Assembly: GCF_963676685.1 (NCBI RefSeq)
Contig: NC_092356.1
Coordinates: 30,194,001-30,258,000, forward strand
Direction: 5' to 3'
DNA from: Mytilus edulis
Lineage: Eukaryota
Length of the DNA stretch: 64,000 nucleotides
This document shows, in pieces, positions 35,362-48,159 of the stretch. How positions within the stretch are numbered: the stretch's first letter is position 1; each line of letters starts with the position of its first letter. Made by a program: the position numbers and the translations under genes. The notes below the pieces were generated by a model. That model searched no databases and was not told the DNA's origin. It saw nothing but the letters and a program-made list of their open reading frames with translations.

Positions 35362-37882
35362 TAATAGTTATTATTACATACGATTGTGAACAGATATATC
35401 ATGATATGGAGGGGTATTTGCGAAAGATACCAGTCGAGGGACTGTGACATTTCCCAAACCGCTAGGCGAGGGAAATTTGGTCCCAAGACTGGTATGTTTC
35501 TCAAATACCCCTCTACAACATGATATATTTTGTAACGTCATGGTATGATTGTGTAAACGTCATTGTTTTCCATTATTTTATCGTTCATATGTATAGACGT
35601 CTTTTTTCCCGAATTGGTTTAACTCAATCAATAGTGTTTGTCTTTTAATAATCGGGAGAGAGTTTGAAAGGTTCGGAATAATTTTGGCGGCAAGACACTC
35701 GCAGGGAAAAAAATGAATATCAACAATGACAAATACCACGGCAGGGAAGGGACTTTGAAGAGTAATTACACCTTATGTAAGAATGCTGCATCTTGATTGG
35801 TTAAGAACAAGTGTATTTTTTGCATTTTCTGAACTTTTTTTTCATTTCAAAATAATTTTGGCTTTTTTTCACCACTGCCGGTGAATTTGACGCAAATACC
35901 ATGGTATTTGCCATTTTGGATACTCCTTTTTTACCCTCGCGAGCCCCACCAAATTATTCGGAACGTTTCTCTCCTTATCCCGATTATTAAGGTAACGTGA
36001 TTAATCAATATTGATTGATAGAGATTATCCGAATACTGTAAACAAAAATGTCAACTCACACGGCTGCAGGCGGTCGTGAGTTAGAAAGATTTGGTACTGC
36101 TGAAGATGACGATATCGATAATTTGATGAATGATGTGTTGGCAAATAACACTAAAAAGTCAACCAAGTTTGCATTAAAACTAGTTTATGACTACTGTGTG
36201 TCTAAAGGGATAGACGCAGACATCGATGACAGAAGCCCAGCCAGTTTAAATAATTTGTTAAAGGAATTTTATGTAAACATTCGCCAAGCAAATGGAGATT
36301 ACTATTCCAGGAGTAGCTTTTGTGTCATTCGACAGTCTATCAATAGGCATCTAAAGCAGCCGCCACACAACAAACCCTTTGATATTATAACTGATACTGC
36401 ATTTACTACGGCAAACAACATCTTTAAAGCAATGTGCAAGAAACTTAGGAAGGAAGGCAAGGGACAAATTAAACATAAAAAGTCTGTTGACAAAGGTGAT
36501 ATTAAGAAACTGTATGAACATCCACGTACATTCAATGTTAATTCACCTTCTGGACTATTAAATAAAGTGTGGTTTGAGGTTCTTTTTTTTTTGCCGCCGG
36601 GTGCAAAAAATCTCCGTGAAATGAATCCACAAGACTTTCAAATTTCTGAAGATGATGAAGGGAAACAATACGTACACAAGATTTCATCTGAAATGACAAA
36701 AAAAAAACACTAGGGAGTGGACGAAGAAGACTTTGAGCCGGAAGGGGGCAGAATGTATGCCAAAGGAACCCCAATGTGTCCAGTTTTGTCTTTCAAAAAG
36801 TATCTTGGTAAACTTAACACAAACCAAACTGCATTTTGGCAGAAACCAAGAAATTATTTTGATGAAGAGGATGAAATATGGTATGAAAATTAACCCCTTG
36901 GGAAGAACACTTTAGGAAGTAAGATGAAAAACATTTCTGAATCTGCAAATTTATTGAAGCCAGACATATTGTCACTATTTCAGGCCATAGGAATGAGGAG
37001 AGTGTACAGAACTATGTTCATGACACATCCACAGCGCAGAAGCATGACATGTCTGCTACAATTTTGTCGTATACAGCTGCAAATTCAACTGCAAGCTCAA
37101 CTGCAAATTTAGATCAAAACAATAACAATGAAAATATTAATAATTTTGTTTTTGATGTCAATGAATCAGATTTAACTGAAGATCAGTGTGATAACATTTT
37201 TGAAATCATTCAACAAGGAGAAGCTGAATTGCACCCTCTTTCCGACTCTACCAACAAAAATCCACCAGTACAGACTACTGGAATGAATAAGCACCTATCG
37301 TGTTTAATAACTGTAATGTTACCATTTACAATATTTCATAAAATTCATGTTTTGAACATTTATAGTTGACACTGTTATTTTTCATGTTTCTGTATGTATT
37401 ACACATGGAATATTCATTTTATAAATGTTTAACAAATTAAAGTTTATCAATCTTGCACACTCAATTTATTGACATAAAATAGTTGTTGTGGTATAATTCC
37501 TAATGAGATCATATAATTATTCACAAATGCAAATTATGCATAAACATGTTTATGGATTACAGCTAACTACTACTGGTAACAAAAAGATTTCCTTTGACCT
37601 GTACAAACAGTTATAATCAAGATAGATTCGGTGTAATTAAACAGATATATCATGTTATGGAGGGGTATTTGCGAAAAATACCAGTCTTGGGACCAAATTT
37701 CCCTCGACTGGTATTTTTCGCAAATACCCCTCCATAACATGATATATCTGTTCAAAATTACCGGCAGTAGAGGAAAAACAGGCAAATTCGTTTGAAATGA
37801 GGAAAAATGTTAAAATATGCGAGAGAAAAAACTTGGCTAACAACCAATTTAAATCCGGCATTCTTATGTAAGGTGTAATTAA
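35362..37882 (+). mobile_element. Crypton-like tyrosine-recombinase element with two large palindromes and imperfect ~130-bp inverted repeats
   Basis: YR pseudogene; inverted repeats 35763-35890 / 37750-37881 (TAATTACACCTTA..); palindromes at 35389-35530 and 37640-37752; the 28-bp host array resumes on both sides. Confidence 0.8.
36048..37100 (+). pseudogene. Tyrosine recombinase, DUF3504/KCTD1/ZMYM-like (Crypton type), disrupted
   Basis: LKEFYVNIRQANGDYYSRSS..INRHL; LLNKVWFE..FCRR..NLREM; CPVLSFKKYL; WY..PLGKNTL; ARHIVTISGHRNEESVQNY (catalytic H and Y region). Frameshift at ~36600, stops at 36711 and 36891, HxxR segment deleted. Confidence 0.85.
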
Positions 37883-39700
37883 CGACGGAAACATTAGATA
37901 TGATGATGGAAGAGAGACGCACTATTTATTTTGGTTGAAGATAGAAAATTCATGTATTGGGTCGGGAAAATAAGCATTACAAATTCGTATTTATATCAGA
38001 AATATTAGTAATCGATTCGTTTCTCCGACAATGATTACTCAGGTCTAGAGCTGAATCATTACTAACAAGGGTAGATTCATTAACATTGATAACTCGGTTC
38101 TAAGACAGAATACTTCGATAATTAACATTGCTAAATGGGGTATAGGACAGAATCATAATTATTTATCGCGATTCATTAACATTAATAACTCGGACCTAGG
38201 ACATACTCATAACGTATAAGAGTCGATCTAGAGCCATTGGTTAATGGGGTCGAAAACACAATAATAACGTGAAAGGGTCGATTCAGTAAGATTTTAACGT
38301 GAAGTTGAGGACATAGTCCTGTTTATTTTGTAGACCCCATTAGTGATATTGGTGGGGGACAGAGTTATTAGTAATTATTTTATAGGATATATATGTAAAA
38401 GGGATCGAAACACATATTTAATTGGGCTCTACTACAGAAACAGTGATTCTTTTTTTTTTTTACTGAGGACAGAACGATAAGTACTTTAAGTCCTGGACAG
38501 AAACATATATTTTGATAGCTGAGGAGAAAAACATAAACAATTGATGTGAAGGACAGAACTATTTGAATTTGAATCGAGGACAGAAGTGTGAAAAATTGAA
38601 GTCAACGACAGAAACAAAAATGATTTGGGTCATGTACAAAAGCATTTACAATTCGGGTAGAGGACAGAAATATTATTTGTTTTGGTCTTGGACAGTACAA
38701 TTACTAATTGGGATTTAGAATAGAAATATTGGTAAATAGGATTGAGGACAGAAACATTGGAAATAAGTTAGAGGACAGAATTATTAGTAATTTGGATCGA
38801 AGACACATTTTTCAGCAAAATCATTTGTAATTGTGGTCGAAGACAGACAGAATCATCGGTTAGTGTGGTCGACACATAAAACGTACACTATTAAAACGTT
38901 CAAACCTGTTGCATTTTTTTCACCTGTCCTAAGTCAGGATTCCGATGTTCAGCAGTTGTTGTTTGTTGATGTGGTTCATAAGTGTTTTTTATATACATTA
39001 GACCATTGGTTTCCCGTTTGAATGGTTTCACACTAGTATTTTAGGGACCCTGTATAGCTTGCTGTTCGATGTGAGCCATGGGTCCGTCATTTGACTTATA
39101 CATGTTATAATTGTACTTTTACAAATTGTGACTTGGATGGAGAGTTGTCTCTTTGGCATTCTTACCCTATCTTTTTATGTCTAATTATAATTAATAATCG
39201 GGGACGGGGAAAGAAATAATAATAGTTTACGTCAAGACAGAAACATTAGCAATACATTGGGTCGTGAACAGAATAATAATTAATTAAAACGGAGGGCAGA
39301 AACATTAGTAATTTAGGTCGAGAACAGACAATGAATCATTGAGGTATAGGACAGTAATATCACTCATTGGGATCAAGGATTGCAATTTAGTTATTTGGGT
39401 CGATGACAAACACATAAGAAGTTGTGGTCGAGAACATAATTATGAGGAATTAGGATCGAATATTGAAATATGTATTATTGGGATCGAGGCAGAAACATTT
39501 CTAACATAACAGTCAGTTATTGTGGTCGAAAATAATATGCAGTAATAATTATGGGTAGAAGACAACAATAGTATTAATTTTAGTCTAGAAAGGAAAGAAG
39601 AGTTGATTGGGTCAAGAGAGAAACGTTATTGACTTGGGTCAATCAGATACATTACTAATTGGGATCGTTGACAGGAAAATTACTAAAAGGGGTCTAATAA
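37883..39700 (+). repeat. Highly degenerate 28-bp tandem array (also at 35160-35361 and ~30130-30316)
   Basis: Approximate consensus GGGTCGAGGACAGAAACATTAGTAATTG; GAGGACAG recurs at ~38576, 38660 and 38744 (3 x 28 spacing). Confidence 0.75.
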
Positions 39701-40069
39701 AGACTATGTAGCTATACTATTGTGTATCACATCTGATACAAAATCTTTTTTAAAGGCAAAAAAAAAAAGGCAACAGTAGTATACAAAACAAATAGTATAG
39801 AAAAAAAACAAATCCGGGTTACAAACTAAAACTGAGAGAAACACATCGAATATAAGAAAAAAACTACAACACAACAAAAACACAACATTAAAATGTAACA
39901 CACACAGAAACGAACTATAATATAACAATGGCTATTTTCCTGACTTGGTACAGGACATTTTAAGAAAAACAAAATGGTGGGTTGAACCTGGTTATGTGGC
40001 ATGCCAAACCTCCCGCTTTTCCGGCAATATTAAATATAACCAAAAAAAGAATCTTAAAATGTTGTTTAT

Positions 40070-40480
40070 TTTCCTTCCAAACATATTGATGATGAGTTTT
40101 CAGTCAAAGCCAACACATCACTGAGTGTTTACATCTGATACTTAGTTAAGGATAATTACAAAAGTAGAAAGTCTTGTTCATACGTACTTAGATCATTTCA
40201 TTGATATAAACACAAAATGACGATTTCTAACTAGAAGTCTTTGGCAAACGTGACAATAATACTTGTTCAGTTGTCAACTTCCCAATTCTCAAAACATACC
40301 ATCTTTCCCATCATATATCATATATCTGTCTCAATTAACACTCATACTTGTTCGCCCTATACGGACTTCAAACGCAGACCTGTGCTTCTTACCTATTCAA
40401 TTCTGTTCGAACAGAGTTATGACGAAGCACGATCGAAATCGACACTCCATCAGTTACACGACCAATATCCCGAATTGGTT
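40070..40480 (+). mobile_element. Very degenerate Penelope-like RT C-terminal fragment
   Basis: HIDDEFS; SYVLDHFID; IYISQL; ARSKSTLHQLHDQYPELVKQYNKSLSQL aligns by eye with KLKSSL.KFHGRHYELVD..ISVSQM of the other copies. Confidence 0.6.
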
Positions 40481-42837
40481 AAACAGTATAATAAATCTCT
40501 GTCTCAACTCACTAGCTACCTGTTTGCTCACTCTTAGATTGGTTAAACAGTATAATAAATCTCTGTCTCAACTCACTAGCTACCTGTTTGCTCACTCTTA
40601 GATTGGTTAAACTGTATATCAAATCTGTCTCAACTCACTAGCTACCTATTTGCTCTCTCTTAGATTGGTTAAACAGTATAATAAATCTCTGTCTCAACTC
40701 ACTAGCTACCTGTTTGCTCACTCTTAGATTGGTTAAACAGTATATCAAATCTGTCTCAACTCACTAGCTACCTGTTTGCTCACTCTTAGATTGGTTAAAC
40801 AGTAAAATAAATTTCTATCGCAACTCACTAGCTACCTGTTTGTTCACTCTTAGATTGGTAAAACAGTATAATAAATCTCTGTCTCAACTCACTAGCCACA
40901 TGTTTGCTCACTCTTAGATTGGTTAAACAGTATAATAAATCTTTGTCTCAACTCACTAGCTACCTGTTTGCTCACTCTTAGATTGGTTAAACAGTATAAT
41001 AAATCTCTGTCTCAACTCTCTAGCCACATGTTTGCTCACTCTTAGATTGGTTAAACAGTATAATAAATCTCTGTCTCAACTCACTAGCTACCTGTTTATT
41101 CACTCTTAGATTGGTTAAACAGTATAATAAATCTCTGTCTCAACTCTCTAGCCACATGTTTGTTCACTCTTAGATTGGTTAAACAGAAGGATAAATCTCT
41201 GTCTCAACTCACTAGCTACCTGTTTGCTCACTCTTAGATTGGTTAAACAGTATAATAAATCTCTGTCTCAACTCTCTAGCCACATGTTTGTTCACTCTTA
41301 GATTGGTTAAACAGAAGGATAAATCTCTGTCTCAACTCACTAGCTACCTGTTTATTCACTCTTAGATTGGTTAAACAGTATAATAAATCTCTGTCTCAAC
41401 TCACTAGCTACCTGTTTGCTCACTCTTAGATTGGTTAAACAGTATAATAAATCTCTGTCTCAACTCACTAGCTACATGGTTGCTCACTCTTAGATTGGTT
41501 AAACAGTATAATAAATCTCTGTCTCAACTCTCTAGCCACATGTTTGCTCACTCTTAGATTGGTTAAACAGTATAATAAATCTCTGTCTCAACTCACTAGC
41601 TACCTGTTTATTCACTCTTAGATTGGTTAAACAGTATAATAAATCTCTGTCTCAACTCACTAGCTACCTGTTTGCTCACTCTTAGATTGGTTAAACAGTA
41701 TAATAAATCTCTGTCTCAACTCTCTAGCCACATGTTTGTTCACTCTTAGATTGGTTAAACAGAAGGATAAATCTCTGTCTCAACTCACTAGCTACCTGTT
41801 TATTCACTCTTAGATTGGTTAAACAGTATAATAAATCTCTGTCTCAACTCACTAGCTACCTGTTTGCTCACTCTTAGATTGGTTAAACAGTATAATAAAT
41901 CTCTGTCTCAACTCACTAGCTACATGTTTGCTCACTCTTAGATTGGTTAAACAGTATAATAAATCTCTGTCTCAACTCTCTAGCCACATGTTTGCTCACT
42001 CTTAGATTGGTTAAACAGTATAATAAATCTCTGTCTCAACTCACTAGCTACCTGTTTATTCACTCTTAGATTGGTTAAACAGTATAATAAATCTCTGTCT
42101 CAACTCACTAGCTACCTGTTTGCTCACTCTTAGATTGGTTAAACAGTATAATAAATCTCTGTCTCAACTCTCTAGCCACATGTTTGTTCACTCTTAGATT
42201 GGTTAAACAGAAGGATAAATCTCTGTCTCAACTCACTAGCTACCTGTTTATTCACTCTTAGATTGGTTAAACAGTATAATAAATCTCTGTCTCAACTCAC
42301 TAGCTACCTGTATGTTCACTCTTAGATTGGTTAAACAGAAGGATAAATCTCTGTCTCAACTCACTAGCTACCTGTTTATTCACTCTTAGATTGGTTAAAC
42401 AGTATAATAAATCTCTGTCTCAACTCACTAGCTACCTGTTTGCTCACTCTTAGATTGGTTAAACAGTATGATAAATCTCTGTCTCAACTCACTAGCTACC
42501 TGTTTATTCACTCTTAGATTGGTTAAACAGTATAATAAATCTCTGTCTCAACTCACTAGCTACATGTTTGCTCACTCTTAGATTGGTTAAACAGTATAAT
42601 AAATCTCTGTCTCAACTCACTAGCTACCTGTTTGTTCACTCTTAGATTGGTTAAACAGTATAATAAATCTCTGTCTCAACTCTCTAGCTACCTGTTTGTT
42701 CACTCTTAGATTGGTTAAACAGTATAATAAATATCTGTCTCAACTCACTAGCCACATGTTTGCTCACTCTTAGATTGGTTAAACAGTATAACAAATCTGT
42801 CTCAACTCACTAGCTACCTGTTTGTTCACTCTTAGAT
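40473..42837. repeat. 64-bp tandem array (~37 units)
   Basis: Unit GATTGGTTAAACAGTATAATAAATCTCTGTCTCAACTCACTAGCTACCTGTTTGCTCACTCTTA. Confidence 0.95.
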
Positions 42838-43899
42838 CTTTGTTTACAGGAATGTTAGTTTAATTTGTTATTTTAATAATAGTGTTTTATTCTCAATATT
42901 GAAATATTGACTAAGTGTGGACTCGCGTTGTGGACAATGCCACCGTAGTAGGATATTTTTACCCTGTCTTGCTCCTTTTAACGCGATTTCCCTTTTTTAT
43001 TTCTTTGGTTTGTCTTTTATATCAAATTATGGGACTTGAACATCGATAGATTACCGATGGCTTAATGGACCATACAATTTTAAATTTGTTAATTTTTGTC
43101 ATCATTTCTATAGTTTGTATCATTTACTCTACGCTGGGAAAGTAAGAGGTAAAAAATTGTTCGGTTACTATAACAAAAAAAGATGTATGATTGCCAATAC
43201 GACAACTCTCCACAAGAGAATCAATGACACAAAAATTAACAGTTATAGTTCACAACATGGCCTTCAACGATAAGCAAAGCCAATACCGCATAGTCAGCTA
43301 TTTTTGTTCATTTTACATGTTACAAAAATGAAGGTTCATATCACAAGAAAAAAAGCGAAAATTTCTAGTCACACCAAAGCTGGTATATATTAAAAATAGA
43401 GAGACAAGATATTACACTGAAAAAGTAAGCATTAAACAACAAAAAAAAAAACATTACAAATTGTATCAACAGGTCAAATTAACACGAAAGTACGATATTA
43501 TAGTACCTGCATTTACTGAAAGCTAGTTTAAAACACCTCCCAGGTATTTAGTATTTTAAGGTCGTGGACGTTTATCTTTAACACATTTTTACCAATGATC
43601 ATATGCTAATATATCTAATGTATTTTATTATTTCTTATTGTTTTTTACCCGATAAGTTATTTGCCCATAACAGTGATATATCAAACATATTATGGAAAAG
43701 TTTGTTCACATTAAAAGTGAAATTATCAAAGACCGTACAGAAGAATGCAATGTGATAACTAATAATATCAGATATAACAATTATATATGGCAGTATTTGT
43801 TACCCCGATTAAACAAAAAGATATAAAACGATTCAAAAGATAAAACCAATGTTGCGATTTATGCTTCAACAAGGAAATGCAATAGGTCAGGCGTTTCTT

Positions 43900-44525
43900 T
43901 CATTGTATGCATCAGAAATAAACACATATATTCTAAAACCAATTGTTGGCATGATACGGGTTATGTTCTTCTCATATATTTTATGATGGTATAATATTAA
44001 ACCCCTATCAGGAGGGATGGTGCTTGATATTCATATGATGAAGACATAATCTTTCAATCAGTTTAATTGAGATCTGGAGCAGGATTTTCAGTAACTGATA
44101 GTAGTCCATTGTAATTTTTTTTAGTTTCTTTTGTTACCTATTCTGACATCGGACTTCTTTTGAACTGAGTTTTACTATGCGTATTGTTATGTGTGCGTGT
44201 TTTCTTCATTGGCTAAAGATATAGGAGGAGGGTTAAGTACTAAACAAACATGTTGAACCCGCCGCATTTGTGGTGTTGTCCCAAGTCAGGAGCCTATGGC
44301 CTTTTTCAGTCTTGTATGCTTTTTAATTTTAGTTTCTTGTGTATATTTCGGAGTTAAGTATCACTGAACTAGTATACATTTTTGTTTAGGGGTCAACCGA
44401 AGCACGCCTCCAGGCGCGGGAGCTTCTCGCTTCTTTGAAGACCCATTGGTGGCCTTCGGCTGTTGTCTGCTCTTTTGTCGGGTTGTTGTCTCTTTGACTC
44501 ATTCCCCATTTCCATTCTTAGTTTT
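43900..44525 (+). repeat. Interspersed repeat family D (older copy)
   Basis: Collinear with 47320-47977; ends GTCGGGTTGTTGTCTCTTTG..TTCCCCATTTCCATTCT. Confidence 0.75.
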
Positions 44526-46456
44526 ATCACATATCATTCGAATCCGAACTCAGGAAAGGTAAACAATTGTGAATAGGGAAATGAAATTAAATCCGAGGCG
44601 TAATTGTATATTTAAAGAAGTCAATGAAAACATTTCGATAGTGAATTGAATTAGGAAAACAGCATACCCCTATTTAGGTCAATTTGGATCACTGATCAAT
44701 ATTATGTGTTACTTCATACACCAAAATGAGGTAGCACGTGATCGGTCAATAAAATAACTTTTCTGTTAATTTTATTTTTAAATTAATGTCTAAGTTATAT
44801 TTAATTTTTAAGTTTTCATCAAATAGAAAAGATTAATTGATTGATGTATACCGAAAATAAGATAATAATTGGACAGTGGTAGTTTTTTCATAAGCATACA
44901 AAGTGCTTAATTTCATTAAACAATATGCCGGTCCATTTTCTTAATTTCTAAAACATTCTTTACAGCAAAAATGATGGCCTTTTTTAAAAATGTTGACTGA
45001 TATAAAGGAATTCATGGAATGAAATATATATCAAATGGTTGCATATGTTTAAAGTTTTTGGTTTTTTTTTAAATATAGATGATTCATGTATCACATTTAA
45101 TATACAGATGAGTGCAGTCATAATCTGTACAGCAAGTTAACTTGCTCCTAATCATTTTGATTGGTCAAATTTAACCTGCTACTAGATTAAGAACTTCTCT
45201 GATTGGTCCTATGATTACAATAAAGTTAACTTTTTAGACGGACTTGATTGTAGAACTGGTTTTTTTTCTGATATGACTGCCGAAAAAGTTAGCTTTGATA
45301 CAGGTCAACTACTATTATGAGTTAAATTCGAAACCAGTCCTGCAATAAAAAACACCTTCAAATTTGAAAACTCCGATCAAAACAGATCTGATCTCAGGTT
45401 AACTTTGGGCTGGTGTAATAATCACTAGTTAACTTGTAACCAGGACCGCTGAATATCGATTCTGGTAGCAGTTCTGTATTGTTGTGATTGCACTTTTTTT
45501 GTTTATTTTTTTTATCAAAAAATGTGTTCCTAATTGATGTATAAATAAAGGCAACAGTAGTATACCGCTGTTCAAAACTCATAAATCCATGGACAAAAAA
45601 CAAAATCGGGGTAACAAACTAAAACCGAGGGAAACGCATTAAATATAAGAGGAGAACAACGACATAACACTAAAATGTAACACACATAGACAAAATAAAA
45701 TATTTTTAAATGCCTTTAACAATACAGGTTGAACACATTTGTAGATAAAGTATGCACTTTGTTCGTTATACAAATTTCTCCATAATCTGCAATTTGTTTT
45801 ATTGAAAAAAATGCTAAAACACTTAAGCTAACGTGACTTAATATATTTTCGATAAATATCAACTTATTTGAGTCGTATATATATGCATTTTATATAAAAT
45901 GTTAAAATTCCTATCTGTTTTCAGTTAAGCATTGTATAAAATTGTTCTCCGCATCAATTTGAAGTTCCAACATGTTCTCTGTTTATTCAAAATAATTACT
46001 CTTTAAAAAAAAGTGTATCACACTTGAGATCTGTATCTTCCCATCTTTTTGTTTTAAAACAGAAAATAAAAGATGTGATTTAGATTCCATATTTTTTTTT
46101 TACCAGGAAATTCCTATTCTCTTTCTGTTTCAGCTTGTTTTAAATAATTCAAATGATTATGAGGTATTCAACATTGAATGTAAAGCATGGAACCAACATG
46201 ACTGGTCGGTCTACCTTTTCAGAACAACTCTTCAGACAAGAATTTTATCATCTGATAAGATATTAACAAAACCAAAACACCTGCTTATACTAAAGTAATG
46301 GTGTTTGCTAAAACAATTAACCAGCATGCATTATTTTAAAAAGAAACTTCATTTAATATATAAATATTGCTAACGATTGTCTAGAGTCATATCATTACTA
46401 TTGTCAACAATTGAACTGTTGTAAGTAGTATATATGTCGTAGTCTTTGATTAATAT

Positions 46457-48138
46457 GTAGGACTCTGAACCGCGATGGTACTCCGAACCGCGTTTTTCAT
46501 CACACTGAAGTGCAATGGTGGCATTGTGACGCTATCTTGTTTATAGTAACGCTGATGTGCGATGGTAGTCACGATAAAGTGCAATGGTCTATACAAACTT
46601 TTTTCAATGTTTTTTTATATGTCGATGTAGAAGACAATTTGTATGTATGAAGCAGTTTTCCAGGTTTTTAAGTTGATTCGGGGAGGGGTCTTCATCATAT
46701 GGGGAGGATTTTTTTTTAATTTACAAAAATTTTCTTTTTACGTATACGGTGGAGCATGACATCCTTTAAATACACACGGTTTAGAATTATAATGTCCACA
46801 AAAAAGTCATGTACAAAATCAAAGTGGACGATCTCTTTTAGTATGCAACTGTAATTAAGGACAGATCTAGCAAATACTAAATGTAGATTTATATACAGTA
46901 ACTAATTATAATATAATCTACATTATGCGATGGTCTATCAAACCCATGATGGGGAGTTTAAAATTATATTGATTATTTTGAAAAGTACATGTAATAAAAT
47001 TGAGAATGGAAATGGAGAATGTGCCAAAGAGACAACAACCCGACCATAGAATATATGTCGTAGTCTTTGATTAAAATGTAGGCATATATAAGGACATCAT
47101 TCGTAAATATAGCTCAACATGCAGACTTCTTATACGTTCAGGTATTTTACATCCAATTTTTTATGGAAATATTCTTTATAAGCACAAAGGTGTCAGTATT
47201 CACCTCAAAAACTAACAAAACCTTTGAATAGACTTATTAAGAAGGGATATAGTTACGAGACTGTTGTCAGGTCATTAAAGATTGCATATTTTGGCGTTAA
47301 TATGGATTCACTTATAGGGTCTTTGCATCGGAACTAAACACATTTATTCAAAAACCAGTTGTTGGCATGACACGGGTTATGTTCTTCTCATATATGTTAT
47401 GATGGTATGATACTAAACCCTTGACGGGAAGGATTGTGCCTGATGTTCATATGATGAAATCATAATCTTTCAGTCAGTTTAATTGAAGTCTGGAGCTGGC
47501 ATGTTAGTTAACTGCTAGTAGTCTGTTGTTATTTATGTATTATTGTCATTTTGTTTATTTTCTTTGGTTACATCTTCTGACATCAGACTTGGACTTCTCT
47601 TGAACTGAATTTTAATGTGCGTATTGTTATGCGTTTACTTTTCTACATTGGCTAGAGGTATAGGGGGAGGGTTGAGATCTCACAAACATGTTTAACCCCG
47701 CCGCATTTTTGCGCCTGTCCCAAGTCAGGAGCCTCTGGCCTTTGTTAGTCTTGTATTATTTTAAATTTAGTTTCTTGTGTACAATTTGGAAATAGTATGG
47801 CGTTCATTATCACTGAATTAGTATATATTTGTTTAGGGGCCAGCTGAAGGACGCCTCCGGGTGCGGGAATTTCTCGCTACATTGAAGACCTGTTGGTGAA
47901 CTTCTGCTGTTGTTTTTTTCTATGGTCGGGTTGTTGTCTCTTTGGCACATTCCCCATTTCCATTCTTAATTTTATTACATGTACTTTTCAAAATAATCAG
48001 TATAATTTTAAACTCCCCATGATGGGTTTGATAGACCATCGCACATCAGCGGACGAACCATTGCATTTCGGCGTAGACCATCGCACCTCAGCGTGACCAT
48101 CGCACTTCAGCGTCCCCATCGCACCTCCGAGTCCTACA
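46457..48138. mobile_element. MITE with TIR TGTAGGACTC and subterminal GCGATGG repeats, containing a family D insertion
   Basis: TA|TGTAGGACTC ... GAGTCCTACA|TA; GTGCGATGGT repeats on the left, ACCATCGCAC repeats on the right. Confidence 0.65.
47085..47977 (+). mobile_element. Family D repeat, younger copy, with a Penelope-like ORF tail at its 5' end
   Basis: KYSSTCRLLIRSGILHPIFYGNILYKAQRC..LNRLIKKGYSYETVVRSLKIAYFG remnant, followed by a long 3' region matching 43900-44525. Confidence 0.6.
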
Positions 48139-48159
48139 TATATATCATAGATTTAGAGA

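Noticed and set aside
37049-37369. 106-aa ORF as a separate gene
   Set aside because: It is the low-complexity C-terminal continuation of the broken YR reading frame.
37883-42837. CRISPR-like interpretation of the 28-bp and 64-bp arrays
   Set aside because: No invariant repeat with unique spacers, no cas genes, and a eukaryotic context.
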